Source of the DNA: Octopus sinensis
Lineage: Eukaryota
Assembly (NCBI RefSeq): GCF_006345805.1
Contig: NC_042998.1
Coordinates: 115,258,001-115,322,000 of the forward strand
Reading direction: 5' to 3'
DNA length: 64,000 bases
The notes below the pieces were generated by a model that saw only the letters and a list, made by a program, of their open reading frames with translations, searched no databases and was not told where the DNA came from. The translations under genes were made by a program, and so were the position numbers. The number at the start of each line of letters is the position of its first letter. Position 1 is the first letter of the stretch. Below, in pieces: positions 1-13,244 of the stretch.

Positions 1-75
1 ATATGTATATATATACATATATATGTGTATATATGTATATATATAGATTATATGTGTCTATATATATATATATAG

Positions 76-108
<33 letters not shown>

Positions 109-460
109 TACACATTTGTACATACGTACACACACACATATATATATATTTATATATATACATAATATATATATGTATATATATGTATATCTATACATAT
201 ATATGTGTATATATATAGATATATATGTATCTATATATATATATATATACGCATACACACACGTATATATACATGTAAATACATACATATAAATATATAT
301 ATATATGATTTATAAATGTATATGTATATGCTTGTATATATATATATATAGATATATATATATGTGCATGTATATACGCATACATATGCACACAGATGCA
401 CTCACGCACACAACATACACGCACAAATACCTGTATATACATGCATATATCTATATATTT
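1..460. repeat. Compound (TA)n/(CA)n/(TATG)n microsatellite
   Basis: Dinucleotide and tetranucleotide runs read directly; the ORFs here are Y/I/T/H-repeat artefacts. Confidence 0.95.
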
Positions 461-809
461 ATGTACGAATAATACACCTGTGTAAGCTCATTAAGAGAGA
501 AGGATAAGGGGAGAAAAATAGAGTGTGAGAAGGAGAAAAAAAGAAAGGGGAAGAGAAATGAAGATAGTAAGAAAGAAAGCGTGAGAAGAAAATATGGAAA
601 TGAAACACACACACACACACACACCTATGCACTGGCCGTTAGCAACTGAGCTATATACAAACTCTGAAACAGACACACAGACACAATGACAGCCTCACAG
701 AATAACAGTAGCTGAGCAATAATCTTTGCTATAAAACAAAAAAGGATGGCGAGGAATAGGAAGACAAAACAATATATTTCAGACGTGAAAAAAAATTATG
801 TACACACAT

Positions 810-856
<47 letters not shown>

Positions 857-865
857 ACACACACA

Positions 866-1061
866 TAGTCAATTCAATGGCGAAGCAATTCAAAAAACGA
901 ATAAAAATTAAAAAGGGAAAAAAACATGAATTATATTTGCTTGACGCTCGGTGAAAAGAGGGACTTCTTAACGTTTCGAGTATATATCTTAGTCGGAAAG
1001 GAGAAAGGGAAAAGTGCAAAGGTCCAAAAGTCCAAAGAGGGAGAAGGGAAATCGTCAGGGT
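866..1061 (-). mobile_element. Short non-autonomous element with degenerate hammerhead motif (967-1000)
   Basis: Minus strand reads CTTT-CCGACTA-A-GATATATACTC-GAAA-CGT-T-AAG. The layout matches the 4615 and 51959 copies. Flanked by (CA)n and (TA)n. Confidence 0.55.
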
Positions 1062-1131
<70 letters not shown>

Positions 1132-1136
1132 CAAAC

Positions 1137-1287
1137 CTGGGTGTGTGGTAAGTAGCTTGCTTACCAACCACATGGTTCCACGCTCAATACCACTGCGTGG
1201 CACTTTGCGCAAGTGTCTTCTACTATAACCTCGGGCCGACCAAAATGTGTGAGAGGATTTGGTAGATGGGAAATTGAAGAAGCCGTA
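1137..1287 (+). mobile_element. tRNA-derived SINE family A (in-window label), 5' head
   Basis: gtgtggtaagtagcttgcttaccaaccacatggttcc...gcaagtgtcttctactata...gaagaagccg; the same head recurs at about 3565(-), 14268(-), 21472(-), 51650(+) and 53777(+). Confidence 0.85.
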
Positions 1288-1318
1288 TATATATATATAT
1301 ATATACACATGTATATAT

Positions 1319-1770
1319 GTCGACCGCTGTGCCTACTTTCTTCTAAAGCTTCTATTTATTCTAAAGGTATCTCTTTTTTTTTCTTCTTAATCCTTTCTGT
1401 CGAAGAGCGTACACTCGAAACGTAAAAGAATTTGCACTCTTCCCGAGCGTTAAACTAATACACCTGCTTGTTGTTCCTACACCTGATTTCGTCTTTTGAT
1501 TTCCGTAAATTTGAACTAAAATTTAATGTCGAGAGTGAAGAAAAGTTGAGAGGGGCCAGAAGAGATGGTGAAAGAGTTAAACAGACAGTAGATCGTTGCG
1601 CTCTGCACATTTTTTTGTCTCTCCGTTTTTTTCTCCTCTCTATCCTTTCCGTCGAAGTACATAGGCTCGAAACGTAAAAGACTTTTACATTCTTCTCGAG
1701 TGTTAAACTAATACACCTGTTTTTGTTCCAACACCTGTCTTCGTCTTTTGTTTTCTGTAAATTTGAACTA
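1319..1770 (+). mobile_element. Tandem dimer (252-nt period) of a hammerhead-bearing short element, CUGUNGA family
   Basis: HHR-like motifs at 1393-1428 and 1645-1680; the ~120 nt downstream of each motif are homologous; flanked by TA-rich sequence. Confidence 0.75.
1393..1428 (+). ncRNA. Minimal type I hammerhead-like motif (A6U core variant)
   Basis: CTTT-CTGTCGA-A-GAG(CGTACA)CTC-GAAA-CGT-A-AAAG; stem I CTTT/AAAG, stem II GAG/CTC, palindromic ACGT stem III. Confidence 0.55.
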
Positions 1771-1784
1771 TATGTACTTACATG

Positions 1785-2075
1785 GATCCGCATGGTTTAG
1801 GAGTTAGCGTGTTGCACTCACGATTGCGAGATTGTGGTTTTACGTTGTGTTTTTACGTTGTGTTTTTAAGCAAAACACTTCATTTCACGTTGCTCTGCGA
1901 TTATTTCCTCATCTGACATGTAGCACACGGTGCACCTGCGCAGTTAATGTCGATTTGATGGAAGGAGTGTGCTTATGGAAAAACAAACGTTTGATCATTA
2001 TAAACGAATTATCTGTGTGATTGTTCGGTAATTTCTTGCTGGACCATACGTCGTCTGACGACGGGGGAGTCAATT
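1785..2075 (+). mobile_element. Degenerate tRNA-derived SINE-like element
   Basis: A-box-like catggtttaggagttag head, followed by gtgtttttaagcaaaacacttcatttcacgttgctc resembling the core of SINE family B. Confidence 0.5.
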
Positions 2076-2099
2076 ATATATGTGCGCGCGCGCGTGTAT

Positions 2100-2473
2100 G
2101 GAGGTGCAATGGCCCAGTGGTTAGGATAGCGATCTTGCGGTCATAGGATCGCGGTTTCGATCCCAGACCGGGCGTTGTGAGTGTTTATTAAGTGAAAACA
2201 CTTAAAGCTCCGCGCGACTCCGGCAGCAGGTGGTGGCGAACACTGGTGTACTCTTTTACCACAATTTTCTCACACTCTTTCTTCCTGTTTCTGTTGTACC
2301 TGTATTTCAAAGGGTCAGCCTTGTCACACTCTGTCACGCTGAATCTCTTCGATAATTTCGTTAAGGTTACACGTGTCTGTGGAATGCTCAACGACTTGCA
2401 CGTTAATTTCACGAACAGGTTGTTCCGTTGATTGGATAAACTGGAACCCTCGTCGTCGTAACCGACAGTGCCG

Positions 2474-2475
<2 letters not shown>
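2100..2475 (+). mobile_element. tRNA-derived SINE family C
   Basis: ggaggtgcaatggcccagtggttagg (A box) ... ggtttcgatccc (B box); a second copy of the head lies at 49925-50196(-). Confidence 0.85.
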
Positions 2476-2545
<70 letters not shown>

Positions 2546-3145
2546 CCGATGAGTAAAAAGATACCATTATAATCTTAAAATAGATGATGAATACTGGATT
2601 AGCGTTTGGATTAGTCTAGTTTCTTAAAATCTACCATCCAGATTAGAATAAGAATAATGCCGTGAAACAAGAATTCGCTAGAGGGAGCGTACTGCTCCTC
2701 TCTTACTCCAATCTTGCGTACACGCTTAGCTACTTATAATGTATTAAGACCGCCAAAATGTAACCTATTTGCTTCACACCTTTTCTTTCTTTCTGCATAT
2801 GTTTCGCTTAATGAATTCTCTTTGATATTCTTTCCTTACACTATTTTTCTAACTTAGGTTAATGGATTGTCTCGACTAGGTTGATTCGATGTAACATTTT
2901 ATTTATGTGTTCATTTCCTTATTTTTCTATACTTATCTCTCCTCTACTCATTCTCCATCACTTTTTACTTACACATTCCCTTTCTTGATATTTACAATCT
3001 TTCTTCATTTCGTTCTTTACATCTTATTAATACTACTCCCTCTATATCTTATTACCACTCTTTTGTGCTCCTAGATATCGATTTACTACTATAAAATGTT
3101 CATTTTGGCGAACATCTTTCGGCCCCAACGCTTCCAGCCTAAACG

Positions 3146-3566
3146 TATTCTTTTATTCTCTTATTTGTTTCAGTAATTTGATTGCGGTCATGCTGGAGTA
3201 CCACCCTGAAAGGTTTTAGTCAGGTAAATTGACCGCGGGACCTTTCAAGCCCAGTATTTAATCTATCGGTCACTTTTGCCGAAATGCAAGCTTACGGGAC
3301 CTAGACACTCCAATACCGGTTGTGAAACAGTGTTGGTGGGACAAGCACAGACACACAGACACACACACACAGACAGACACACACACACACACACACTCGT
3401 CGGGCTTCTTTCAGTTTCCGTCTCCCAAATCCACTCACAAGGCTTTGGCTGGCTTGGGGCTTTAGTAGAAGATACACTGCCAAAGGTGCCACGTGGTGGG
3501 TCTGAACCCGGAACCACGTGGTTGGGAAGTAAGCTTCTTACCACACTGCCACACCTGCGCCTATCT
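3146..3566 (-). mobile_element. SINE family A, near full length with internal (CA)n
   Basis: Head taggcgcaggtgtggcagtgtggtaagaagc, internal microsatellite, and tail ...ctccagcatgaccgcaatcaaattactgaaacaaataagag on the minus strand. Confidence 0.85.
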
Positions 3567-3822
3567 TGATGTATGATAATTAATTCATAATGAATTGATA
3601 TAAATTATTGCATCAGTATGTACACCTGTTGGCCCACAAATTGTATTAACCAGTCGGAAATGCTTGGAACTACTAAAAAGGTATAATAAGGACAGTGTAG
3701 TTTTACTTAACCAAGTATATTTATCTTTATGCCGATGAAAGAACTGTTTGTATATACGTATGTGTTTGTGTGTATGTGTGCGCACCCAGGTGTGTGTGTA
3801 TATGTGCACGTGTGCGTGTCTT

Positions 3823-3990
3823 TTATCTGTTACTCGTTTCAGTCATTAGACTGCAGTCATGCTGGGGCACTGCCTTTTACCCGAACTAATCGGCGCCAGT
3901 ACTTTTATTCTTTTAAGTCTGGTACATAGTCTATCGATTTTTTTGCCGCACTGTAAAGTTACCCGAACGTAAAACATCAACATTCGAATA
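3823..3990 (-). mobile_element. SINE family A 3' tail fragment
   Basis: Homologous to the tails at 3146-3330 and 4727-4900. Confidence 0.7.
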
Positions 3991-4008
3991 AATAAATAGA
4001 TAAATAAA

Positions 4009-4060
<52 letters not shown>

Positions 4061-4075
4061 TTTATTTATCTATAT

Positions 4076-4520
<445 letters not shown>

Positions 4521-4715
4521 AATCCAAACAAGAAAGCACACAAAAAACAACAACGCGAGGACGTGGAACAAATACAGTATTATTGGGCGCTCAGGAAAGA
4601 AGGAAAGAAGGAGGGTTTAACGTTTCGAGCGGAGCTCTTCGTCGGAAACATAGAAGGAAAGATCCAGAGAAGGGAAGACAGAGGAAAAAAATTGCCAACG
4701 GTACACACGAGGTCA
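4521..4715 (-). mobile_element. Short hammerhead-bearing element, CCGACGA family
   Basis: Near-identical to 51866-52065(-); contains the HHR-like motif at 4615-4649. Confidence 0.8.
4615..4649 (-). ncRNA. Minimal type I hammerhead-like motif (U4C core variant)
   Basis: Minus strand: GTTT-CCGACGA-A-GAGC(TCC)GCTC-GAAA-CGT-T-AAAC. Confidence 0.55.
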
Positions 4716-4720
4716 ATACC

Positions 4721-5105
4721 TTTTATTGTTTATTCTTTTACTTGTTTCAGTCATGTGACTGCTGCCATGCTGGAGCACGCCTTTAGTCGAACAAATCGAC
4801 CCCGTGACTTATTCTTTGTAAGCGTAGTACTTATTCAATCGGTCTCTTTTGCCAAACCGCTAAGTTACGGGGACGTAAACACACCAGCATCGGTTGTCAT
4901 GCAATGTGGTAGTGGGGAGATGAACACGCACACACACACAAACACATACACACATATAAATATATACATATACGACGTGCTTCTTTCAGTTTCCGTCTAC
5001 CAAATCTATTCACAAGGCACTTTCGTCTGCCCTGAAGCTATAGTAGGAGACACTTGCCCAAGATGCCACGCAGTGAGATGGAACCTGAAACCATTTGGTT
5101 GGTAA
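4721..5105 (-). mobile_element. SINE family A, 5'-truncated
   Basis: Tail, internal (CA)n and most of the head on the minus strand. Confidence 0.85.
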
Positions 5106-5183
5106 AAACCTACTTTCCTCATAAATGGTAATTAATATAATATAAATACTAATTATATATATATATTTATATTTATATATATG

Positions 5184-5277
<94 letters not shown>

Positions 5278-5294
5278 CATACATTCATATGTAT

Positions 5295-5385
5295 ATCGAG
5301 CATTAAACTAATACATCTGTTTGTTGTACACCCCGTCTTCGTCTATTATTTTTTTTTTTTTGGTAAATTCCAACTATATATATAC
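5295..5385 (+). mobile_element. 3' fragment of the CUGUNGA-family element, no HHR retained
   Basis: gagcattaaactaatacatctgtttgttgtacacc...gtcttcgtc...gtaaattccaactata matches 1445-1520 and 15700-15775. Confidence 0.7.
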
Positions 5386-6649
5386 TAATTAATATAAACA
5401 GCGGACTGCAAAGTTTCACCAAAAAGGAGGATTATAACTGACACTACATGTGACTAGATTGTTAAAAAACACCTACATTGCTAGAAATACGAGCTGAAAT
5501 GCTCTAATGCTTTAGTTAACACACCTGAATGAAAGCCTAAACCAGAATCGTCAGAAGAATGCCGATCGAGAACTCTTAATACTGTATATATGTTTTCGTC
5601 ATATATATAAATATAGAGGTATATATTTACACACACACATTCAATCACACATACACACACACAGATTCAAACACACACACACATCACAATACAAATTGTC
5701 GGTGTCTCAAAGTATCCTAAAGCTATGTACACCTCTATTCCGCTAGCCAGCTGAGCTGTTACTGGATTCATTTATGACTAACTTTGTTTACCTCCAAATT
5801 ATTCCATATTCATCTGTCCGATGGTCAGAGATGTCCTTGTCGTGAGCAGCGCATATAATAGTGTATAAACAATTTAAGGATTTATACACGAAAATAGTGA
5901 CCTTTGACATAACACCTTACAGTATAGAAAGGGCTGTCAAAGCCCAAACCATGAATAAAAGCAATTTCAAAGGAAATAAAAATAAAAATAAAAATTATTT
6001 TTGTAAACAAATAAATTAATTTGTCATCTGTACATCATCAGCGAGGTCGCTAAAATTAATGCCTATCTATTTAACAAGCAGTACCGAAAATACACGTGTA
6101 CATACTTATACATTATAATTTTGAAATCCACAGCGCAAGCGCAGTTACATTCGGCAGCAAACAGTAATAAAAATTAAAACTGCGTACCGGAGAGGCTTTG
6201 AAGTTACGAAAATTTTACTGTGAAAATAAGGGTAGAAAATTTACGAAAGATTTCATACCGGTGGCTAGCATGCGTAACAAAGTCAATAGACAACAATATG
6301 TATATATATATATGTGTGTGTTTGTGTGTGTGTGTATGTATATATATATATGTGTGTGTTTGTGTGTGTGTGTGTATATATATATATGTGTGTGTGTATG
6401 AATATACGCATGTGTACGTGGGTGTGTGTATGAATGTATGCATGTGTGCGTGTGTGTGTTTGTGTATGTGTACGAATGTGTGTGTGCGTGCGAGTGTGTG
6501 TGTATACACGTTTCTGAGATTACCTCGCTAATAATTGTGTTTAATATAAGCAGACGGTCAGAATTTGATCCCAGTACATGCATCTTAATTCATTGACCCC
6601 AATGGATTTGAACTGAAAACATAAAAAAAGCATAAACAGAGAAATGTAT

Positions 6650-7105
6650 TTTTCCGATGTTGGAACATTTCTGCCTGGCTTCTAATTTCTGGAATTTCGA
6701 GTGAGGGGATCAGTCGATTAAATCGACCCCCTTGTGCACCTGGTACTTATTTTGTCGACGCCGAAAGGGAGGAGAAGAAAAGTGGATCTCGACGGGATTT
6801 AAAATCGGAACGTAAAGACAGTCGAAATGCCGCTCAGCATTTTGACCGGCGTGCTAACGATTCTGCCAGGTCATCGACTTAATAATAACAGTTTCAGATT
6901 TTGGCACAAGGACACCAAATTCAGAAGAGCGGGCAAGTCGATTAAATCGACACCAGTAGTCAACCAGTACTTATTTTATCGACCTCGAAAGGATAAAGGG
7001 CAAAGTTGACCCCGGCGGAATTTGATCTCAGAACGTACTAACGGGCAAAATGCCACTAAGCATATTTCCCAGCGTGCTAACACTTCTGCCAACTCATCAC
7101 GTTAA
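6650..7105 (-). mobile_element. Two tandem copies of tRNA-derived SINE family D
   Basis: Repeated gtcgattaaatcgacc...gtacttattt...cgacc.cgaaagg...aaag...gac..cggcggaatttga.ctcagaacgta...gaaatgcc; plus-strand copies at 27290, 34860 and 63240. Confidence 0.8.
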
Positions 7106-7239
7106 GAAGAAGAAGAAGAAGGAGAAGGAGATGAATATCTATTTTCTTAAACAAATATTCATCTCCTCCTTCTCATGGTGTTTTTGAGGCAGGTCTACTT
7201 TCACCTCTTTTACCTCATATCTGTTCTTCACTATTCTTT

Positions 7240-8056
7240 CTTCAGCTTCCTCGTTCGTATGTACTGTTTGTACACTGAAGGTTTCATATTAGCGGCTCAA
7301 GATCAAACCTTGCTTACCAAAAACTACCTGGCTAACGTTCTTCAAAATGGTTCTGATCCTAAATGCAGATTCTGCGATAAATTTGATGAAGCAATAGATG
7401 TCCTGTACTGACACCAAACGAATACAAAAATCGTCACGATACTGTAGAGTAGTATTTATATTGGAAAATATGTAAACACTACAAAATCAGCATTCTGCTT
7501 ACTGGTATGAGCATCATTCTCAACCAGTCGTTGATGATAAAAATATCACTATCCTCTGGGATTTCCAAGTCAACACCGACAGAACGATCTAGGCTAATCG
7601 ACCTGACATATCCATTAAAGGTAGGAAGAAATACTTGTAGATTAATAGATGTAAGTGTTCCCACTGATAAAAATATATCTGTAAGGAAATTTGATAATTT
7701 AAGGACCTGGAAACTGAAAAGCAAAAGGTATAGCATCTTAAAGCAGGAACTGTTCCTGACATTGTGGGTGCCCTAGGTATGATAAGAATGGGATGTCGAC
7801 CATCTAGATAACATCTCAGGAGAACCATGTCTCAAAGAAATCCGAAAGATTGTGCTGACAAGTACTGCTCACATCTTTAGAAAATCACTATCAGTTTAAA
7901 TGTCTGTGTTGTATAACATAGAAATATTTCGCTACTGCTACTGCCACTTCCCCTCCACAGGCGTTTAGTCATACTATAACATCACTTATCATTCACCCGC
8001 CCTATGACGCTGGGTGTGTCTTGGTGTGTGATTATAGCAAACATACAGATTAACAA
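7240..8056 (+). mobile_element. R4/Dong-clade non-LTR retrotransposon, 3' fragment (CCHC plus restriction-like endonuclease and 3' UTR), pseudogenised
   Basis: GFILAAQDQTL..KCRFC; WDFQVNTDRTI*ANRPDI; LIDVSVPTDKN; VGALG; ends in a (TAA)n tract. Confidence 0.85.
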
Positions 8057-8143
8057 TAAATAATAATAATAATAATAATAATAATAATTATAATAATAAT
8101 AATAATAGTAATAGTAATAATAATAATAGTAATAGTAATAATG

Positions 8144-8180
<37 letters not shown>

Positions 8181-8238
8181 TAATAATAATAATAACAATA
8201 ACAACAATAACAATAATAACAACAATAACAATAATAAC

Positions 8239-8270
<32 letters not shown>

Positions 8271-8312
8271 CAATAATAACAATAATAATAAAAATGATAA
8301 TAATAATAATAA
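8057..8312. repeat. (TAA)n/(CAA)n microsatellite between two R4/Dong fragments
   Basis: Read directly. Confidence 0.95.
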
Positions 8313-10225
8313 TGAAGGGATGCCAGCAAAATAGGTAATTCAGAGTAGATCAGAAGGGATTCTACAGAGAAATAAATGGAGAGTGTACAGATGAAAAGCT
8401 GATACCAGATAACATTGAAAGTCAAATGTTTTGAAGTGATATCTGGAGGAAAGACAAGGGGTATAAGAAGGGTGTTGAATGGTTGCAAGAATTGAAACAA
8501 ACAGTGGTCTGTCTAAAGCAGACTGAACTAGTAATTTCAGTTAGGTAAGTGATGGAAATAAGCAAAAAATGGGCAACTGGAAGGCCCAGGACCAAATAGA
8601 GTTCAAGGCTACTGGATCAAAAGATGTGGCGAATGTCATGCCCGAAAAGCTGCACAAGTCAACACCTGTTAAATGCCGACCAAGTAACACCAGAGTGGTC
8701 GACATTGGGTAGGACAGTGTTGTGCTTAAAAAACATTTATAAAGGCATTACAGTAGACAATTATAGGCCGATATCCTGTCTGCCACTTATGTGGAAATTA
8801 TTGACTGGAAGAGTGTCAGAGTTAATATACGAACATCTGGAAAAATGGAGTCCTGCCACGCAAGCAGAAGGGTTGCAAGCATAGGTGCAGAGGTAACAAG
8901 GATCGACTCCTGGTAGACAAAACTCTACTTAGAGACTGCAAGAGGAGGAAAACTAACTTAGCCACTTCATGGATCGCTTATCGTAAGGAGTACGATATGA
9001 TCCCACATTCTTGGATTATGGAATGTATTGCATTTTGTAATTATGGAATGTATTGCATATTTTGCATTGCATCGAATGTTGAGTGATTGTTTGGAAAAAT
9101 TATGGCGAATTGGAGGACGGAACTGATAGCATATGGAAGAAGTTTAGGGACAATAGAAATCAGGAGAGGCATTTTTCAAGGGGACTGCCTTGATCCACTG
9201 ATCTTTGTGCTGTGCAAGATACCACTAACACTGATTCTGAGGGACGCAAAGGCTGGATGTATATTCAAAAGCTGCCAACAGAGAGTCAACCGTTTATTGT
9301 TCATGGATAACTTCAAACTTTCTAGTAAATATGAATCCCAAGTCAATTCCCTCGTTGATACGGTGTATATTTTCAGTGCTGATATCAGAATGGATTTAGG
9401 ACTGAATAAAGTGTGGTGTGTTACTCTTGAAGAGAGGCAAGATCAAATGTATGAACGGACTAGCGATATCGTCGGGGTAGGTTATGAAAGAGAGAGAAGA
9501 GGTGGGCTATGAGTACTTGGGAATATTGGAAATGGATAAATTCATGTCAAAAGAAATGACAGAAAAATTTAAGGTGGAGTACTTGCGCAGACTGAGACTG
9601 ATCCTTAAGTCGAAATTAAACGGACGGAATAAGATTGAAGCTATTAACACCTGGGCTGTTTCACTCCTTAAGTATTGAGCAGGGGTAATCGCATGGAGAA
9701 TACAGGAACTAAACAGCTTAGACAGAAAGACAAGGAAATTGCTGACTAGATATGAGGTACTCCACCCCCAAAATTACACAGACAGACTGATGTACCAAGC
9801 AAAGGAGGGTGAAGGGGACTGATTGGAAGCGAACACAGCGTTAGAGCAGAAGAAAACAACATAGCATGATATGTAAAAATGCCACAAATCCACTATTATT
9901 GGAAGTAAGAGGGTCAGGCTTGTGTAGCCTGGAAGATTGCAAAGATAAAGCACCGTACAAACACTTGAGAATTACTGAAGCTGAAAATAGGTGTATAAAG
10001 AAAATAATGCACGTACAATTTCATAGAGATAAGTACAGAATTTCTGGACAAATTGGTGAAATCGTATTGCATATTACTAGTCCATGTACGGCACTAGCCC
10101 AGGAAGACTATGAGAGACGTCATGACAATATAGGAAGGATTGTTTATTGGACACTTTGCAACAAGTATGGACATGACAGCAAAAAAGTGGTACGAGCATA
10201 AACCCCAAGGCATCATCAAAAATCT
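8313..10225 (+). mobile_element. R4/Dong-clade retrotransposon RT fragment, frameshifted
   Basis: NYRPISCLPLMWKLLTG; IRRGIFQGDCLDPLIFVL; LLFMDNFKL; YEYLGILE; NKIEAINTWAVSLL; YERRHDNIGRIVYW. Confidence 0.9.
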
Positions 10226-10414
10226 TGTCGTGAATTACTCGAAATGTGGAGTAGAAGAATAGCCGACAAGTGATGAAGGGTCGTTCTTTGTTACTTGTCT
10301 TATTTGTTTCTTTCGTTGTTCACATACAATTTTCGTATTCCATGGTTTCATATTTCGTATTTCATGTTGTTTACGTTTTGTGACGTCCTGTACCATATAT
10401 ATCTATATATATAT

Positions 10415-10456
<42 letters not shown>

Positions 10457-10518
10457 CACACACACACATATATATATATACATACTATATGGATAGATAG
10501 ATAGATGTAAATATATAT

Positions 10519-10857
10519 AAAGGGTAAGACCCCCTTCGGTCATGAATGACCATGGGATTGCACCTAGAAAGTTACCCTCCTTGACACAAGTCCGGGCAAG
10601 GTTGTTTTATGGAAGACCAGCATTCACCCATGCATACCGGCCTCCCCTCTCCACTCCACCAGTGTTATCCAAGAGAAAGACAAAGGTCGATACAGCTTGG
10701 CACCAGTGACGTCGCAACTCATTTCTACAGCTGAGTGAACTGGAGCAACATGAAATAAAGTGCTTTGCTCAAGAACACAACACGCAGCCCGGTCCGGGAT
10801 TCGAGCTCACAACCTCACGATCGTAAGCTCGATGCTCTAACCACTGAGCCATGCGCG
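10519..10857 (-). mobile_element. SINE family B, full length
   Basis: Reverse complement of 4176-4520; flanked by TA repeats. Confidence 0.92.
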
Positions 10858-11395
10858 TATATATATGTATGTATAAAAGCACTGATATAATTAGATATAA
10901 TTGAAGGATATATAATTTAAAGAAAACACAACTTGTAGCATTTTCTCTGTGTTTCACAAAAGAAGTGATTGTGTTTATGTTTGTATTGCAACAGAAAATA
11001 TTATATAATAATACATTGGTTTTATGTAGCTTTATAAAACATTGTTTAATGGAAAAACCATTCAAAGACACTCACGTAAATTAGCTGTGAAAGAAACTAA
11101 CTGTGATATAGAAAATAGTATTGATAGCAAGAAACGATTGGAAAATATGTGACTGCATGTATGTGTGTTTGATAATATGACTATGCGTTGGCGTGTGCGT
11201 ATGTGTTTCTGTGTGTACATATATGTTCATGCATTTTCCTATATTTTGTGCACGAATACTTTTGTGTGTGCTTGTGGATGTGTGTCTATGTATTTTTAAA
11301 TGTACTTGTATGTGTCTTCGTGTGTATATGCTTATATATGCATAGATGTGTGTGTATACACACACACGTACATATATGTATATACATTTGCAAAG

Positions 11396-11486
<91 letters not shown>

Positions 11487-12348
11487 CTATATACATGTGT
11501 GTGTATATATGTGTACATATATACATGTATATATGTGTATATATGGATATATATATGTGTGCGTATAAACATGGATATATATATAAATTTATGTGTGTAT
11601 ATGTATATATGTATATGCATACATTTATGTGTTTGTTTTTCTTTCCTCTCTTTCCCTTTCTCTCCCCCTCACTCTCACTTCCTCACTCTCACCCTCACTC
11701 ACTCTCTAACTCTCTCCCTCTCTAACACTCTCCCTCCATCCTCTCCCTCTCTCCCCCTCTTACTCCTACTATTCCTCCTCTCTCTCTCTCTCTATTTCTC
11801 TCTCTCTCACCCCTCTGTTTATACGTGTATGTGCGTCTGTGCATTATTTGTATGTTTGCACATTAAGAATGGGATTTGCAAAAATCTAATGACAAGTGGA
11901 AGACAGGAACTGATGACGGCAGCCTAGCGGTTTGGGGAGTGTTACGATATCACGATTCAAACAGCGTCTTCACAATGGTCAGGAATGGAAATGAATGTTT
12001 CAAAAACTTACTAAAAACTCACAAGTCTCTATCTAAAGTGTGTGTGACTCGTTACCTGACTGTTATAGAATCAAGCGCAATGGGAGACAGAAGCGAGAAT
12101 GTTCAAGAATATGTCTTTGCGAAACAATCGAATGAGCTCTAACATTGTTCCTGCAACGTCGGTACAATGACCGTTTTATTATTCCTAATGTTATCGATTG
12201 TGGTTGCTGAGTTTTTCCTGACTTTTCATTTAATTTATACATGAAAAGTCAGTTTTCTTTGGTACGCTGCATGCCATGTATAACGTGTGAGTGTGTGTAT
12301 AAGCTACTGGCATACAGAAACACGTATGACTATATAAAAATAATTACG

Positions 12349-12406
<58 letters not shown>

Positions 12407-12534
12407 CATCTGTCTCTCTGCCCGTGTGTCTGCCTGTCTGTGTCTGTGTATCTGTCTGCCTGCCTGCCTGCTTGTCTGATTGTCTGTCTATCGATTTACC
12501 TAAATGTATGTGTGTGCGCGTGCATATGTGTGTG

Positions 12535-12580
<46 letters not shown>

Positions 12581-12589
12581 GGTATGTAG

Positions 12590-12712
12590 AAAAATACAAC
12601 ATGGACAAGAACGTATAACTCTTAGAAGACGATACAATAAACATGGACAGGACATTCGAACCCCTCAGTCTTCAGTCAAGAACCGGATCATCGTAGTAAT
12701 TTCGGCTGATTA
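12590..12712 (-). repeat. Short interspersed element between (TA)n tracts, unclassified
   Basis: About 120 nt of non-simple sequence bounded by (TA)n on both sides. Confidence 0.45.
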
Positions 12713-12714
12713 AA

Positions 12715-12778
<64 letters not shown>

Positions 12779-12796
12779 GCATGCACACACACATAC

Positions 12797-12965
12797 TTTG
12801 TTTTTGTTTCAGTCATTAACTGTGGCCATGCTGGAGCACCGGCTTTTAGTCTTACAAATCGAACTTAGGACTTATTCTTTGTAAGCCTAGCGCATATTCT
12901 ATCTGTTCCTTTTGCCGAACCGCTAAGTCGTCAAGTGTGGTGGGGGGGGGGCGCAAACACAGATA
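12797..12965 (-). mobile_element. SINE family A 3' tail
   Basis: gtttcagtcattaactgtggccatgctggagcacc...ttttgccgaaccgctaag. Confidence 0.8.
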
Positions 12966-13196
12966 CCACACACACAACACACATACACGCACACAGATAC
13001 ATACACAGATACATACATTTCCACACTCACTCACACGTACATACGCAGACACATTCCTACACGCACACACGACACACACATACATACTCATATACTCCCA
13101 TACTCATACATACACTTCCACACTCAATCATGCGCACACACGAACACTCACATATACATGCAGAGAGAGAGAGAAAGAGAAAGAGAGAGAGAGAGT

Positions 13197-13244
<48 letters not shown>

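Noticed and set aside
11900-11940. CTGATGA in ORF 11876-12142
   Set aside because: No downstream GAAA or stems. The 88-aa ORF has no motif I recognise.
12640-12685. Minus-strand CTGAAGA-CTGAGGGGTTC-GAATGTCC as a hammerhead
   Set aside because: It has GAAT instead of GAAA and no convincing stem I.
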